Below, in pieces: positions 39,621 to 53,346 of a DNA stretch of 64,000 nucleotides. A program made the position numbers and the translations under genes. The notes beneath the pieces are model-generated. The model was not told the origin of the DNA and ran no database searches. It was given only the letters and a program-made list of their open reading frames with translations. Every line of letters begins with the position of its first letter. The stretch's first letter is position 1. The stretch comes from Callorhinchus milii. Its lineage: Eukaryota. Location of the stretch: positions 12,898,001 to 12,962,000 of the forward strand of contig NW_024704742.1 of the NCBI RefSeq assembly GCF_018977255.1. The letters are read 5' to 3'.

Positions 39621-41184
39621 AACTGTATCTAGCATTTCACCTGCAGGCTAACAAGAGGGCAGATATAACAATGTGGGTAATGGATCTGTGTGTGTGTGTG
39701 TGTGTTGGTGTGTCACTTTCAATAGGTGGCTCTGCCTCGTGCACTTATGCTCTGCGTCTCTAATATCTTCCACTTATCTGTTGATTCTTTCTCCTTTCGA
39801 ATCGCGATTCTGAACTATGTTTGAAAACTTTAAATAAAAAGGTTTTCCCTGAGCTCAGCCTGATGTTCATGTGTCTGATTCTAATCTGGGAATGTGGGCT
39901 GCAATAAAGGCTCCCAACAGATCTCAGTGAAGGCCAGGACTGAATTGGTGTCAGCCTGGCTCAGTTGGTATCTCTCTCGCCTTGGGAGTCAGAAGGATTC
40001 AGCCCCATGTCGGGACTTGGGAACACTGACACTTCAACGTTTGTCACATTATTGGAGGTGACGTCCTTCAGATGAAAAGTTAAATCAAAGCCTGTTCATA
40101 TGGATGTTAAAGATTTTGTGTCACTATTCAAAAATAGAAGGAAGCATCTAATAGGTGCACAACAATCCCCCAAATAAGATACGCCATTCACTTCATGTTT
40201 GTTTGTAAAACATTGCTATGCGCAAAGGGTAGCCATCCCTTTTTAAACATTTTTTAAAAAACTAACAAAATACAGGCAAATCACTTTGAATTATATTCTG
40301 CAAAGTGCTTTTCACTACCTGAAAAGTGAAATAACCATTTATTGTGTATGCATAAATGTTATTTGAGAATTGTTTTACCAAATCTGAATGTGTAGATAGA
40401 AAAGTAGTGTGAATGTGGTAGTGTAATTTGTTATTGAACCATATAGTATGACTCCCAGGATCCTTCTTTCCTGTCTGTCAGGAGGGTCCAGGTAGTTGCT
40501 GACGGTAAAGGGTCAGTGACTGGACAGGTCTTGTGAATCTTTCAGTGTAGATTATAGAAATGCAGAGACATTGGAGCAAGCCTCGACTGCAGTGCATAAG
40601 ATGAGAGAAAGGACTATGAATGCGAGGAAAAATAGTTTAATTGTAGAAAACGATACATTGACGGTGCAGTCCAAATACTGGATAGTGCACGTTATGTTTG
40701 AATCTATTCATTATTTCGGGTGAATTTTTATTCTTTGAACGGGTTAGAATAGTATCCAATATTTAATGCTGCTGACTGTTTCTTAATGTGTATGTTATCC
40801 TTCTTGAACTTTCCCTAGTTCGCCATCCATCTTATCCAAACCTCCGCCACCCGTAACCTGTACCAAACTCCGCACACCCATCACCGAGACCTCGCCTGCC
40901 GAAAGGATAGACTTCAAGATCCTCATGCTCACGTACATCTCCTTCATGCCACATCAACTCCGTATCTCTCTGACCTACTCATACTACATTTGCATGCCCC
41001 CCAAAGCCTCTGCACCACTACCGCCTTCATCTCTGGAACTCCCTATCTCACTCTCTGCTGCACCCTTCGTTATCTTTAAATCCCACTTTAAGACCTGCCT
41101 CTGTGACCACACTTATGTTCACCTCCCTCTTCTGCCTGGCCCAGTATTATTGCATTTTGACCCTTTTAATTTTTTTCTTTTCAG

Positions 41185-41246
41185 ACCAACAAAGTTCAAC
41201 CAAAGTAATCAAGGCAAGCAAGCCGAAGATAAAGAAACCTGGAAAG
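41185..41246 (+). CDS. LARP1B: LARP1B coding exon 2
   Basis: Polypyrimidine tract, tcag|AC CAA ... AAG|gtatgt. Translates DQQSSTKVIKASKPKIKKPGK; phase 1 to 0. Confidence 0.85.
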
Positions 41247-41739
41247 GTATGTCTTTTAAAGGATTAAATATGCATACTGAAATTGTCTTGGATAATTGGT
41301 TTTATGCAGTCTTATCAACCCCTTCTTATTGGAAACTTTTTATATGGAAGATAAATGCTAATTACAAAAGTATTCCAGTGTTTAGGTCCTACACATTATT
41401 ATAATGTAGCCAACACATTATAATATTGTTCCAATATACTTGATGTCACTAGGAGTAGATTCAGCTGTTAGACCAGAGAATGACAACGAAAACAAATTTA
41501 GCACCGTTAATTTCTTACTGTTGACCCTAGATCTTGCCTATTGTAAAGCTTATAGTTCTCTGCACCATTTTGGAAAGACAAACCTGGGGAGGGGGAAAGA
41601 CATTTTCTCTCCTCCCTCTCAGGCACTCTCCTCTCACGCACACTCTCAATTACTCTTTCTCACTCCCCCTCGCTCTCTCTTCCCTCTCACGCTCCACCTT
41701 CCCACTCTCAATCACTCTTCTCCCCTACCCCTTTCCACT

Positions 41740-42060
41740 CCCGCCCCCACCCCCCACTCCATCCTCTCCCACCCCCACCCCCCACTCCATCCTCTCCCGC
41801 CCCCCCCCCACCCATCCTCTCCCGCCCCCCCCCCACCCTCCTCTCCCGCCCCCCCCACCCGTCCTCTCCCGCCCCCCACCCGTCCTCTCCCGCCCCCCAC
41901 CCGTCCTCTCCCGCCCCCCACCCGTCCTCTCCCGCCCCCACCCGTCCTCTCCCGCCCCCCACCCGTCCTCTCCCGCCCCCCACCCGTCCTCTCCCGCCCC
42001 CCACCCGTCCTCTCCCGCCCCCCACCCGTCCTCTCCCGCCCCCCCACCCGTCCTCTCCCG

Positions 42061-42097
<37 letters not shown>

Positions 42098-42145
42098 ACC
42101 CGTCCTCTCCCGCCCCCCCACCCGTCCTCTGCCCCCCCTCCCCCC
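41740..42145. repeat. C-rich minisatellite, unit about 21 bp (CCCACCCGTCCTCTCCCGCCC), with a poly-C run
   Basis: Directly visible; poly-C at 42061-42097. Confidence 0.95.
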
Positions 42146-42835
42146 ACTCGAACTCACTATCGCTGGCTCCTTCCGTTGCCATGGGAGGATGTTCACCGGG
42201 GAGGGAGGGATAGAGTGGAAGTTGTAATGGTGGAAATGGTCGCAGGCCACATAAAATTCTCACTTGGCCGCTGGCGGCCCACGTGCTGTCTGTTGGACAC
42301 ATTGATTTAGACAACTGTACATTAAAGCCATCTCTGGGTAGTTGTACAGTGCTGTCGTTAATACTTTAGACAGTATGGCTGTGGTCCTGAACATGAGATT
42401 ACAGACATTTCACAGGAGCCTGAAGATTCCACGATAACTGATAATTGTTGACAATGCTCCTCCCAATACCAAATAATTTGAGCTTGATCAAACGTCCTTG
42501 ATCCTTGTCTTTTGGGAGATCTTGCCTCCTGTGCAGGTCAAGTGCCCTCAGAGCATAATACAAGGAAAAGCAGTATGCTGGTTCCCATTTGTATTTCACG
42601 CCAACAAGCTGGGTAGCCCATTATCTGCTATTCAAAAATAGTCATTACACTTTACAGTGAATTCTGTGAAATACTTTTGAGACATTGTCTTGTTATGAAA
42701 GTCACCGTATCAAATGCAAGGATTATTACTTTTCTAGTTAGTAAACTTTGTTAATCTGATTAAATATTCTAATGTTACATGTACTGAATCTTATTTTGAA
42801 CAGTCTAATTTTTCATCCTCCCTCCCCCATTGCAG

Positions 42836-42895
42836 GCAAGTGACTTCAGTGACATTACAAATTGGCCCACACCAGGGGAAATCGCTTATAAAGAG
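42836..42895 (+). CDS. LARP1B: LARP1B coding exon 3
   Basis: tgcag|GCA ... GAG|gtatgt. Translates ASDFSDITNWPTPGEIAYKE, containing the LARP1-family NWPTP motif. Confidence 0.92.
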
Positions 42896-44125
42896 GTATG
42901 TTAATGTTCACTGTGACATTTAGAGGCTACATTTTTTCAGTTTGAGCTGAAACATGAGAGTATTCAATACTTGTGCGAATGAATTGTTTAACCATAGTGG
43001 CCATTACAGCAAAGCCTAATTTTGTACCTCTGCAGATTTGAAATTCACACATCATGATCTCTTGACAGCGATCAGAACCCTGAAGGATATTCCCCTTCCC
43101 CCAACTGTTACATAGAATAAAATCTAAATTTACAACCTGGCCCAGTGCTGCAGTGAAGGCAGTGCTTTTACCCATTCTGCCACCTGGGGTTGGTTAACCT
43201 ATTTTTCTTCCAGGTGCTATTTGTTCTAACAAATAGGACATTGCTGTGATGAAATGAGGTAATTTGCTCCAGAAATTTTAGTTTACTTTTTAGTTCCAGT
43301 TGTCTTTAGTAAAAGTTTAAAAATCTTCCCCCTGAATTTAAAGGTCTTCTGAGCTTCGATTCAGGATTAATTTGAATACTTTAGCTTTCAAGTCTTTGCT
43401 TATCATCTTGGCCTCATTTTCTTCTGTCCCCTCCTCCCCCACCAAATCTCCTGCCCTCCTTTTTCAGCAACTTTTCATCACACAACTTTTCATCACACTG
43501 ATCTTGAATGATGCTCACTGCTATTTTCCAGTTTGAAAACTACAGCCATTAATCCTTCTCAACCATCAACTTACTGTTTCATGTACCCTATTCTGCGATT
43601 TTGAGTACTGTTTGAATACTTTTACGTGTACTACACCCTTTTTTATTTAAACACTTAAGTATTTTTAATAAAACAGTCCAAAAAATAATCGATGTTTTAG
43701 GACCATGCATTTTATAAACAGGAGAACTAATGGAAATATGGTGCGGTTGAGAGTGGAACTGAATTTCGAATCTGCAAAGCTATGACACACTTTGAACTCA
43801 TCAGTTTACTTGTTTTGAATATTATTTTAACCATTATCAGAGATTAATATCCAGTTTAGCCCAAGCTTTTATTTTAAATAAAGCTTTCCTCAAATTATGC
43901 AAAATGATTTTATAATAAATTTATAATAAATGTAAATTTATTAATAATATATAATCAATTTTATAATGCATTTTATGTATAGCTTTGTCAGCTACTAAAT
44001 TGACAATGATGCAAACACTGTAAACTGTTCGAGATAGGTGCACCTGTTAATTTGACTGATTTAAGAAATTCTACTGTTTTAAAACATGTACTTCTGACTG
44101 TTTCATCTCTATTAATGACTCTTAG

Positions 44126-44309
44126 CATAACAACATTATGAATCAACAAAACAAAAAGCCTCTAAATAAAAATAAGAAAAAAGACCGACCCGAAAAGAGA
44201 GATAACAGTGAAAGTAAAGAGAACCGTGAAACGCAGGACGATGAAGAGGATGATGAAAAGTCAGGGATCGATGATGATTCCCAGGGATCTTCGCAGAAAG
44301 GAAAAAAGG
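44126..44309 (+). CDS. LARP1B: LARP1B coding exon 4
   Basis: cttag|CAT ... AAG G|gtaagt. Translates HNNIMNQQNKKP...EKRDNSESKENRET...KGKK. Confidence 0.88.
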
Positions 44310-45368
44310 GTAAGTTTTAGCATGTCTAGGTTATGAATAAACTTGCTAATCTAAATCTTCAGCGCACTTTCCCTGCTTTAAGAGAACATTGTAGTTTGAA
44401 CTCTTGGTCCCTGATTTTGTATCTTTCAGACACTGCTATGGACTTTCAAAAGAACATTTTATATCTTAATACAGGGAATCTCTGACACAGTACCCTGTAG
44501 TGTAGGTTTACTGTGGACAGGAAGCACACAGGTCCTGGGATATTGGACCTAGCCAGCCGTCTTATCATAAGATTTCCCTTTGTCAAGTGCATAATGCATT
44601 ATTAATATTGCGAATCTATGCAATATTTGGCGAATAAAATTAAATGTTTTTTAAGGTTAACCATATTTACTCTATGAAAAACAGGCTCCTCATTTTGAAT
44701 CGCTTAACAATTTAGGCATTCGTTAAATGCAGAATAAAATGGGATAAAATGCAGGAAAGTCTTAAGCGAGAAGTGTTTATTCTTCATCAAAGTTAGTGGT
44801 TTCTCTTAAATTCATTCTCGCAAGAAAGGCCATTGTCAAAAACCTGTTTACTTGTTTTCAGCTTATAGATTTTTTTTCTGCCATGTAAAGCGTTTTTTCC
44901 TTCAGACATAAGAAATTCAGTCATACATTGTTTGCCACAAGGAGGCCATTTGTCCCATCATTTTTATACTGGTGCTTTCTTACCACCAATGATATTATCT
45001 TGCATGTCAATGATCTTGGTCTCTACATGAGAGAATAGAACCTGCCATGGGGGAAGTTGAAAGAAGCATAAGGTTGATTTATTACACCATGTTAAAACAG
45101 TGTGGGGCTGTAATAATCAAGTGACACAGGATACTGGGCTAGATTGCCATATCAGTTGAATTTAGATAACAGGAAGTCATGTTCAAGCTGCAGGGTGCTC
45201 TGGTCAGCCTAAACTTAGGTTTAATGAGCTATCCCATTACTGTTTTCTTTACTGTATTTCTGAATTTGCCACAATGTTGGGGAGTTACCAAGGCAGTTCA
45301 AAGGAGAACAGTGAGGATGATTCCTTGTGTTAGACTCTTAACAAAATGAACCACCTTGAGGGATGAGT

Positions 45369-45675
45369 AATATAATAATCCTTGCATTTAATATTTGATA
45401 TTATCACGTCTTCTCGACGTCTCAAAGCGCTACATAGAATAGACTGTAAACTGAATTGACTGTATATTTGTGGGTGAAACGCGGCAGTCAATTGCGCACA
45501 GCAGTGTCCCACAAACAGTCGTAGATTGAAAATGACCAATTTATTTTGTTTTGGAGGGATTATTATTAGGCGTGTGGAGTAAGGAAACTTGTCCAAGGTT
45601 TTGCCCTGTCTGGAATTGAACCCAGGTGTCTTGCTTGCAAGGCGAATACTCTTAACCACTGAGCTGCAGGACTCC
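45369..45675 (-). mobile_element. Full-length tRNA-SINE, short form
   Basis: Head, body and tail all present. Confidence 0.9.
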
Positions 45676-47899
45676 TCTCTATGAGAAAAACTGGATAAGA
45701 TAGGGCTCTTCAGCCCTGAAGAGATCTTGCTTATGAAAGCCTTTAAATATTCTGATCCTAAGCAATTAATGTATTCATTGTCCCTGAAAAAAAATGAGGG
45801 AAATTTGCACTTTTTTTTGAAACTAGGGTAAAGGTAGAGACTTGGAAGTATTTCTTATTGAAGAACCATTGATCTAATTTTGTCTTTTAGCTTCTGAAAA
45901 ACATTTTGGTCTAGTATTTGTATTTTTATTTGACTTTAGATTATAACATGTACAACAACAACTTGCATTTATATAGTGCCCTTCACATGGGGCAGCATCT
46001 CAGAACGCTTAAATTAGATTAAACTCCACAAGAAAAAATGCTGTTATAATGCGTTGGATCAAATATTTATCCAAGAGACAGATTTGCAATAAAGCATACA
46101 AACTCTTGTGTTGTTCTCATCCATTAGTTTTATTTATTCAATTAGGGTGAATCCCTGCCCTCCACCCCTTGTGGTCTGAATCCGCAGCTCGGGTCCAAAT
46201 CCCTGACTGTCCATCACCGTGGGACGTCCTCTCAACGTGAAAGGAGCCATACAAATGTAATTTGTTGTTACTGTCTTTCACTTGAGACAAAGTAGGAACT
46301 TGAAAAACAACATAAACAAGATTTTGTTAACTGATTCTTGTTTAAAGTTACTTAATCCAGAAATTGTTGTGACATATTACAGTAGTTTATATATTCCTGG
46401 AATTTGATGTAGCATCTTTCATGATATGAGGATGTCTTGAAGCACTTCACAGAATTTGCTGTGAAGTGGAGTGTTTGTATATTTGTGGGGAAACGCACAG
46501 GCCTAATTGCACACATCGATGTCCCACAAACAGCCATAAATTGATTGTTAGCCAGGACTTTGGGAGAAACTCCATTTACTTTTTTGAGTAGAGCCAGGGA
46601 TATTTTGCATCCACCTGAAAAGCAGCCAGGACATTAGTTTAACATTTTAAATGAAGCTTGGCACTTCCAACGATGATACACACCCCTAGCACTGCACTGG
46701 AGTGTCAGCCTAAACTATGTGAGTTCACTTCCTGGCGTGGGCCTTGACCCACAACTTTCTAACTAAGGGCAAGAACAGTACCAACTGTTTTCCTTCCCAA
46801 CTTCTCAGTTCACATCCTCCACTTAGCCAACATTGTTTGGCTTTGCCCCTTCCATATCACTGTCGGTGGCAAAGCCCTGAGCTACTACACATCTAAACTC
46901 TGGAACCAGAGTAAACCCTCATTCTACCTCGCACCCTTTGTCTTTAAATCCTGCCTTAAAACCCGCCTCTTCAACCCTGCCTATTGTTGCCTCCTTTTTC
47001 TTTTACTCAACCTTCAACCTAGTCATTGTAAATTGCTCTGAGACATCCAACATGAAAGGTGCTATGTAAATGAAAGTTGCTAGTATTTCCAGTTTAACCA
47101 ATCCGTGGTCTCCATATAGATTAAAACAGTTAATGGAAATTGATGAGGCCTAATCCTAGATCCAATGTATTCTCCTCATTTACCCTGTCATAAATGCTTC
47201 CTAGCTGGGAATCCCATATTATGGTAAGAAACTTAGACAAAACTTGGACACAATTGGACAAAAGCAAAGTCCATTTTAGATTCTCAAACCTTTTGAGCAG
47301 CATGATTTGATTTTTGCCATTTTTAAATCTTAATACATGGTAGATTGATGTGGATCCCTTTGACCTATCTTGGCTCCTTCCCCAGATGTTCATAGCTACT
47401 ACTGATTTTGGACAGCGGTGAGTGCTTCTGTCTGTAATTAGCTGATTGGGCTCAGAAGACCTTTGCGTTGAATAGATGTTCCAGCTACATTTCTGTTTGT
47501 CCTTTGTGTTCCAAAATGTGATTTTATTCTTTTCACCAGAAATCTTAATGGGACTTATGCATATTTTGGTCTCTTTTGCACATTCCTGGGAAATGTTGGT
47601 ACCAAAGTTGACTGACATACAAAAAGTGGGGGGTCTCACAGAGATCACTCCTGATCTCTGTGCCAAGTTGTAGTTCTGGTCAGAATTTGGTATCTGAACT
47701 ACAGGGTGGCACCCTGCTCAACTTTTTGGCAGGGTGAGCAACACAGATGCAACTATTGTTTGTCAAAAGTGGAAGATCCACTCTCCATATTTCAAGACAT
47801 GGATAACATTTTTATTTTATTTATTTTCTTCATTACACAATCGCCAAACTTCTCATCCTTCAGGCTAGACAGATTTTTTTTGTATGGAAACTGTTGTTT

Positions 47900-48890
47900 C
47901 TCAGGATTTCCCCTTTGTTTCTATATTTCTCGGGGCCAATGAGAAACAGAAAACTGATTCTGGTTATCTCACATTGGCTTACAAACAAATACATCTCTGA
48001 GATCTTGGAGTTTTTGTTGGTCAGATATTAACTGTCGTAGGAAGTACCTCAAATCTCAGATTCTGGAACAGATATTTTTTCAAAAGCCAGCCCATTTTAA
48101 CTACTTAGCTGTTGGCATTGGGTACAGCTTGTTGAGTCTGGACATTTTGAGCGTTGAACAGTGTTACCTTTTATGGTGTGCATGCAGTCATCGGGATCTG
48201 TCTTGACCCATCTCAAGTTTCTCCAAAAGTACAGTCCTGTTTTCATTATGTCCTTTTACAGTCAGTTGCACAGATACTGCCATTTCATTGTAGTTTTGTT
48301 GAATTACGTTTAATCCACTAAAACTTTCAAATATAACAGAATTATTTGTGACTTACTGTCTAAAGTGCTGCCATGTTACAACAACAACTACTTACATTTA
48401 TGGCACCCTTCACTCGGGATAGCATCCATGGAAACAAACAGTCAATTAGTAGATGATTAGAATGCATTTTGCATGTTCACTTTTGCTAGGCACAAGGCCA
48501 TGTTGCACTTCTCCTTTTTGGGCATCTCTAAGCCAAGTCTATGGAGTACTCCCATCCATTGTCAAAGCACTATTGTTTGAACCAAATGGGTTGAAGTTAT
48601 GAGAGTAAACTAATGAATTTTGCTCGTCTGAGCAAAGTATCCACTGCAATTCGTGGCAGAAGAAGAGGCAAGGCTGAGGCCTTTTCCTTTCTGACATTCT
48701 GCTATCCCTTCTCAATTCAATACAATCCTCCTTCATTCCAACAGGGAGATCATTTGGACACTCTGCCCAAGTAGCATCAACAAAGTATTTGTAAAGTTTC
48801 CAGAGCCACATTCTGCTGGTTGCCAAAGGTTATTCACCAGCTGGAGGTAAAAGCAGTGAGACCATTTCAAAAAAGAGAAGGTAGTTTCTC
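47900..48890 (-). mobile_element. Possible fossil hAT (Charlie/Buster-like) transposase
   Basis: Frame-broken remnants resembling VSVxTD, CxxH, KYF...W...LPxxxxEDxIELRxD and PFGS, in the expected order. Confidence 0.35.
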
Positions 48891-49972
48891 TTAGTGTCCT
48901 GGTCAATAATCCTCAAGATTGCTGCCATCAGCCTAGTAGGGTCTTCATTCTTGGAGTGCCTAGCCATACCAGACTCCTGGACACAGCAGGATGTTGTGAA
49001 GCAATCAAGTCAATTTGGATCTACTTTGCACAAACATCAGCAAGTATGCTTGATAAGCCATACACATTTGGAGAGACTCCTGGATTGTATCCTCTTTAAT
49101 TATGTGTCTAGGTGTGTAGGCTCCTCTTCCAGTCAAAGGATATGCTGTGTAAGTGGAATCAAACAAGTCAGGCAGGAAGGAAAAGCTAAGCAAGCAGATA
49201 TTTGTGGGGAGGGAGGAAAAGAATATCTACAAAAAGGAATTGGGGAAGGGTTGGGGGAGAGAAGAAAGGGGAAAAGAGAAACAAAATCCCAGGTATAAGG
49301 ACTTGTTTGCCAAAAGCAACATATTCTGAACCCATTAGGTTCAAACAATGGTGCTTTGAAAATGGATGGGAGTTCTCTCATCTATTTGATAGTTTTATTC
49401 AGTGGTTAATCTTATTCAGTGATCACCCAATTATTCAGTTACATACAGTATTTTATTGCTATTCAGTTTCATGGTTTACCACTTTTTAGTATTTTTGTCT
49501 TTTAATTGGTTGGTTTGTTTTATCCTCATTGACTGACTGACTGCCAGATGCATACTAAACATCGCTAATGTCTGCCATGTGGAATATTTTCAAAAACTAA
49601 AGGTATTCTGCAACGAATGGAGCAATAAATAAAGTGTGTGCTGGTTGGAAATGTCTTTCTTGTTTTTATATGCTTTTGAGTTTGAGAATCTTGTCAAAGC
49701 AATACTATAGTTTCTTTTGGTGACGATTCATAGACTACAGTTGTTTTGGAATAAAAATGTAGGAATATAAAATGTTTATTTTACTGCGATTTAATGTGCG
49801 AATTACCCCCAAATGTGGGGGTAATTTTACCATGAATCATTTATTTTTCCAAATATTAATCTGACGCAATAACAACCCCAATGTTAATGATCAAATTGTA
49901 ATTTTAATAAATTGGGTCTGGCATCCAATGAGGCATGATAAAATACTGGTCAATAGTGATTGTAGAATCACT

Positions 49973-50615
49973 ATGTATGAGGGTTTCGGCGGCCTCACAC
50001 CGCAGGCCCCCGAAACCCTCATACATGCTTTCATCACATCGAGGCTCGACTATGCAAACTCATTGCTTGTCGGCCTCCCCAAATTCTCTCCATAGGCTGC
50101 AGATCATCCAGACTCTGCAACCCGTGTCCTCTCCCACACTAGGCTCCACAGCCCTGTCACCCTCATCTTTGCCCAACTCTACTGGCTTCCCATCACACAG
50201 CGGATACCGTTCACGATCCTGTTTCTCACCTTCAAAGCCCTCCACGTTCTTTCTCCCCCCTACCTTTAAGACTTCTTAACCCCCTACCATCCTAGTCGCT
50301 CCATCTGCTAAGCAGGCTCCCACCTGCTTCACCTCCCCCGACTCGCTCGCCCCACTATTGGTGGGCGGGCCTTCTGCCACTCCGTCCCCAACCACTGGAA
50401 CTCCATCCCGCAGTCCCTCCACCTCACCCCTCCCTTGCTACCTTCAAGACCCATCTCAAGACCCTCTTCGACCGTGCTTTCAATCTCCCTGCTTCCCCTC
50501 TTGCCCTCCACCCTCCCTGACCCCCAACTCGGGCCCGTAACTCTGTCCGTCCAGCGCCTTGAGGCGTCGTCTCGACTTGAAAGACATTTACAAATGTACT
50601 TTTGTTGTTGCTGTT
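49973..50615 (+). mobile_element. L2 LINE 3' fragment with a fold-back inverted 5' junction
   Basis: ETLIHAFITSRLDYAN...HRLQIIQ...WLP...GGRAF, (TTG)n tail, and a 23-bp inverted repeat at the 5' end. Confidence 0.88.
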
Positions 50616-51695
50616 ATAGAATTCATCCACAGATATGGGTGAATTGAGGATTTCCTCCCAAATGGACTAAATGTTTTTAGTCAATTAATATTGTTTGTCA
50701 TACACACTTTAAACTATTGCTTATTATAGCCATAGTGGGTGAATTAAATTATTTCTGTCTGGTGGCAACTAGAGAGGGATGAGGGTTTATTAAACAACGA
50801 TTTTCTTTTGTATAACACCCTTCACACAGGGTAGCATGAACAATATGGTCTGTTTTGTGTCAGTGTAGTAGAGATCTTTGCAATTTATCTAATTCATGCA
50901 ACAAAACAAAAACCTATTTTACTGTAATCCATTTCGGTAATAAAAATGAAATTTAATTCAGATGTGTTTTCACAATTGAAAGCAGCCTTGTTATATACTT
51001 CTGCCGAAGATCATTTACATATGATGGAGTTTATTGCTTTATTTATTATGCATCACCTATTTTATTGGTCAACTATTAGTGTGGATCTACTGTATATATT
51101 AATCTGTTTGATTCTTTTCCACGTAATCCATTTCAGACCAAATGTTAATTTAAAGTTTATAAGTTCACATTGTACAGCCAGAAAATAACTAATGTATTAT
51201 TACAAAGGCTGCCAATTTCTCCTGTTGTCTTAACTGTTGATCTGACCTAGAACTATTGCTATTATGTGAGTTAAAGCTTAAATTTCAATAACTACATGAA
51301 AAGTAACGAAAATATATTTCCAGCTCATTGTGAATTTTCCTAATCTTGTGAAGAAAAGCTTTCTGTAAATTGACGTATTCTATCTCTAATCTTTTTTTAA
51401 TTTCCTAGATACGCATGATGGTTCTCTAGTATAAGTTGGTCTGCTTTCTGCCTGTTCATCCACCATTTTATTTGAATAGTTCATTTTGATAATGTTCACA
51501 GGACCTGGGTCTTTAATATAACCATGTTCTCACCGGGAGCTGTAATACTAAATATAAAGCAGACTGTTTGGACATTGCGCACTTTCATAATGAGAGTAAA
51601 TAGTGTTTTAAGTTGTGCTTAATTGAATTGTCTTCAAGTCTAGTCAAATTTAAATAAAAATGCACATTGATTTTAATTTTTATTGTTGCATTTAG

Positions 51696-51839
51696 GTACC
51701 AAACATAAATGGGTTCCATTACATCTGGAGGAAGTGAAACAAGATGGACAGGAAAGGCCCAGTTCACGTAACAATTCACGATTACAGTCAGATGTAACAC
51801 GGTCATTGCAAAATAATAAAAGGAATGATTATTCAAGAA
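51696..51839 (+). CDS. LARP1B: LARP1B coding exon 5
   Basis: tttag|GT ACC ... AGA A|gtaagt. Translates GTKHKWVPLHLEEVKQDGQERPSSRNNSR...; KWVPLHL and QERPxSRN match LARP1B rather than LARP1. Not in the ORF track. Confidence 0.93.
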
Positions 51840-53346
51840 GTAAGTAGTCTGAATATTTGATTTTAAACATGAATACAGTGGAACTGCCAGGACAGGCAAA
51901 AAGGTACTTGTGTTGTAGTTTGATATTTGCCTATTTTTCAACAGCTTTTTTTTATTATTATTAAGATTAAAGCTATGCATATTTAGTTTTATTCCTATTC
52001 ATATATATGTGTAGAGAATCTATTTGAAGAATAGGTACTGCCTAATGAATCACACAGCAATTTGTTTTAAAAATGCTATCTTGTTTTATATTCTATAAAT
52101 GAATTTGGCAGTATTTTAAAAAAAGTTATAATTATATTCGCCACCAACGACCCTTCCTGCAAAGTGATGTTGATTACAACCTGATGGAAGTTGGCCATCT
52201 ATTAACATGAGAACAGACTAATAGAGGGGCAAGTCGCAGTGAAGCTTGCTGTCATGACTTATGTGAGTTTAACTGTACATAATTATATTACCAATTACAT
52301 TACTTTAAAGAGAGCGTGCATTTTTATAGAGTCATTGCTCACATGTAACAAGCAGGGTAGATTTTCTAGCTGGCCCAAAACATCACTGGAATTGATCACT
52401 AGGAATTAGTTCTGTTTTGTTTAGTAGTGAGTCATGTTGTATTTTCATGCTATAGTACTGTGTAATGATTGGAGGCAAACAAGGAAATGAAGCTCACTTT
52501 GCATTTTTGAGACTTTAGCAAAATCAGCAGTCACTTAACCGTCTCTGGTCTTAGCTGAGTCAGCTGCATCATTTGGTTTCATTGTCCCTAAACTAAGCAC
52601 GACTATTTTAAAATCGAAAAGCATTCAGGCCATTGTATGTGCGTGTGTAGATTTTTCAAACAAAGCTTGCAGCAGCAAGGGCTAGTTGCTCCTTATTCAA
52701 TTACTATACATTTCAGATGCACCCTTCCCTTTGTTCTACTGTCTCCCCCATCCCTCCCAAATTGTGTATGGTAGCAAATATTACTCATATGTGAAGGTTG
52801 TTCTGTATTCACTACTGATGTGAACAATTTTCCAATGACCATAGGGCTGTCATGCCTTGCTCTGGCTCAGTTGAATCGCCTGATGTACCAGTCCAGCTGT
52901 TGTTGATTTTTAGATCCCAGTGCAAACTTATATTCTCAGATGAATTTTCTTGCTGGGGAGATTCATTTGATAGTTGAGCTTTATCTCTTGGCTTCCCAAA
53001 GCTATTTTATTGTGCGTTAGAAACGGTGTAAAATACTGGTGATAAGCAAACTGGTGTTATTTTCTTTAACCAATTTCTGAACTCATTGGACTTTACCAAA
53101 ATGAAACAAAAAAAAATCAGTGATGTTCTTATAATATCTTGAGATACCATATATAGTTTGGGACACAACATGTCAAGCTACTGCCAGGATGGAAGGCGAG
53201 CTAGTTGGACCTTGGTCTTCCTTCTCCGAGCAAGTTCTTATGTCTTGACTTAAACTATTGTCCATCACAGCATGATTTAAAAAAAAACATGTTCCCTTTA
53301 AGTGTGCATGTAGATCATGCTGTAAAAATGCTATTTTTTTAAAAAG

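Noticed and set aside
41440..42314. Long Pro-rich and Gly/Arg-rich ORFs
   Set aside because: Translation artefacts of the C-rich minisatellite, open in nearly all frames.
49801..49826. Perfect 10-bp hairpin AATTACCCCC/GGGGGTAATT
   Set aside because: Isolated and low-complexity, with no supporting context.
51409..51436. Possible microexon after a good acceptor (tttcctag) upstream of exon 5
   Set aside because: No convincing frame-preserving GT donor.
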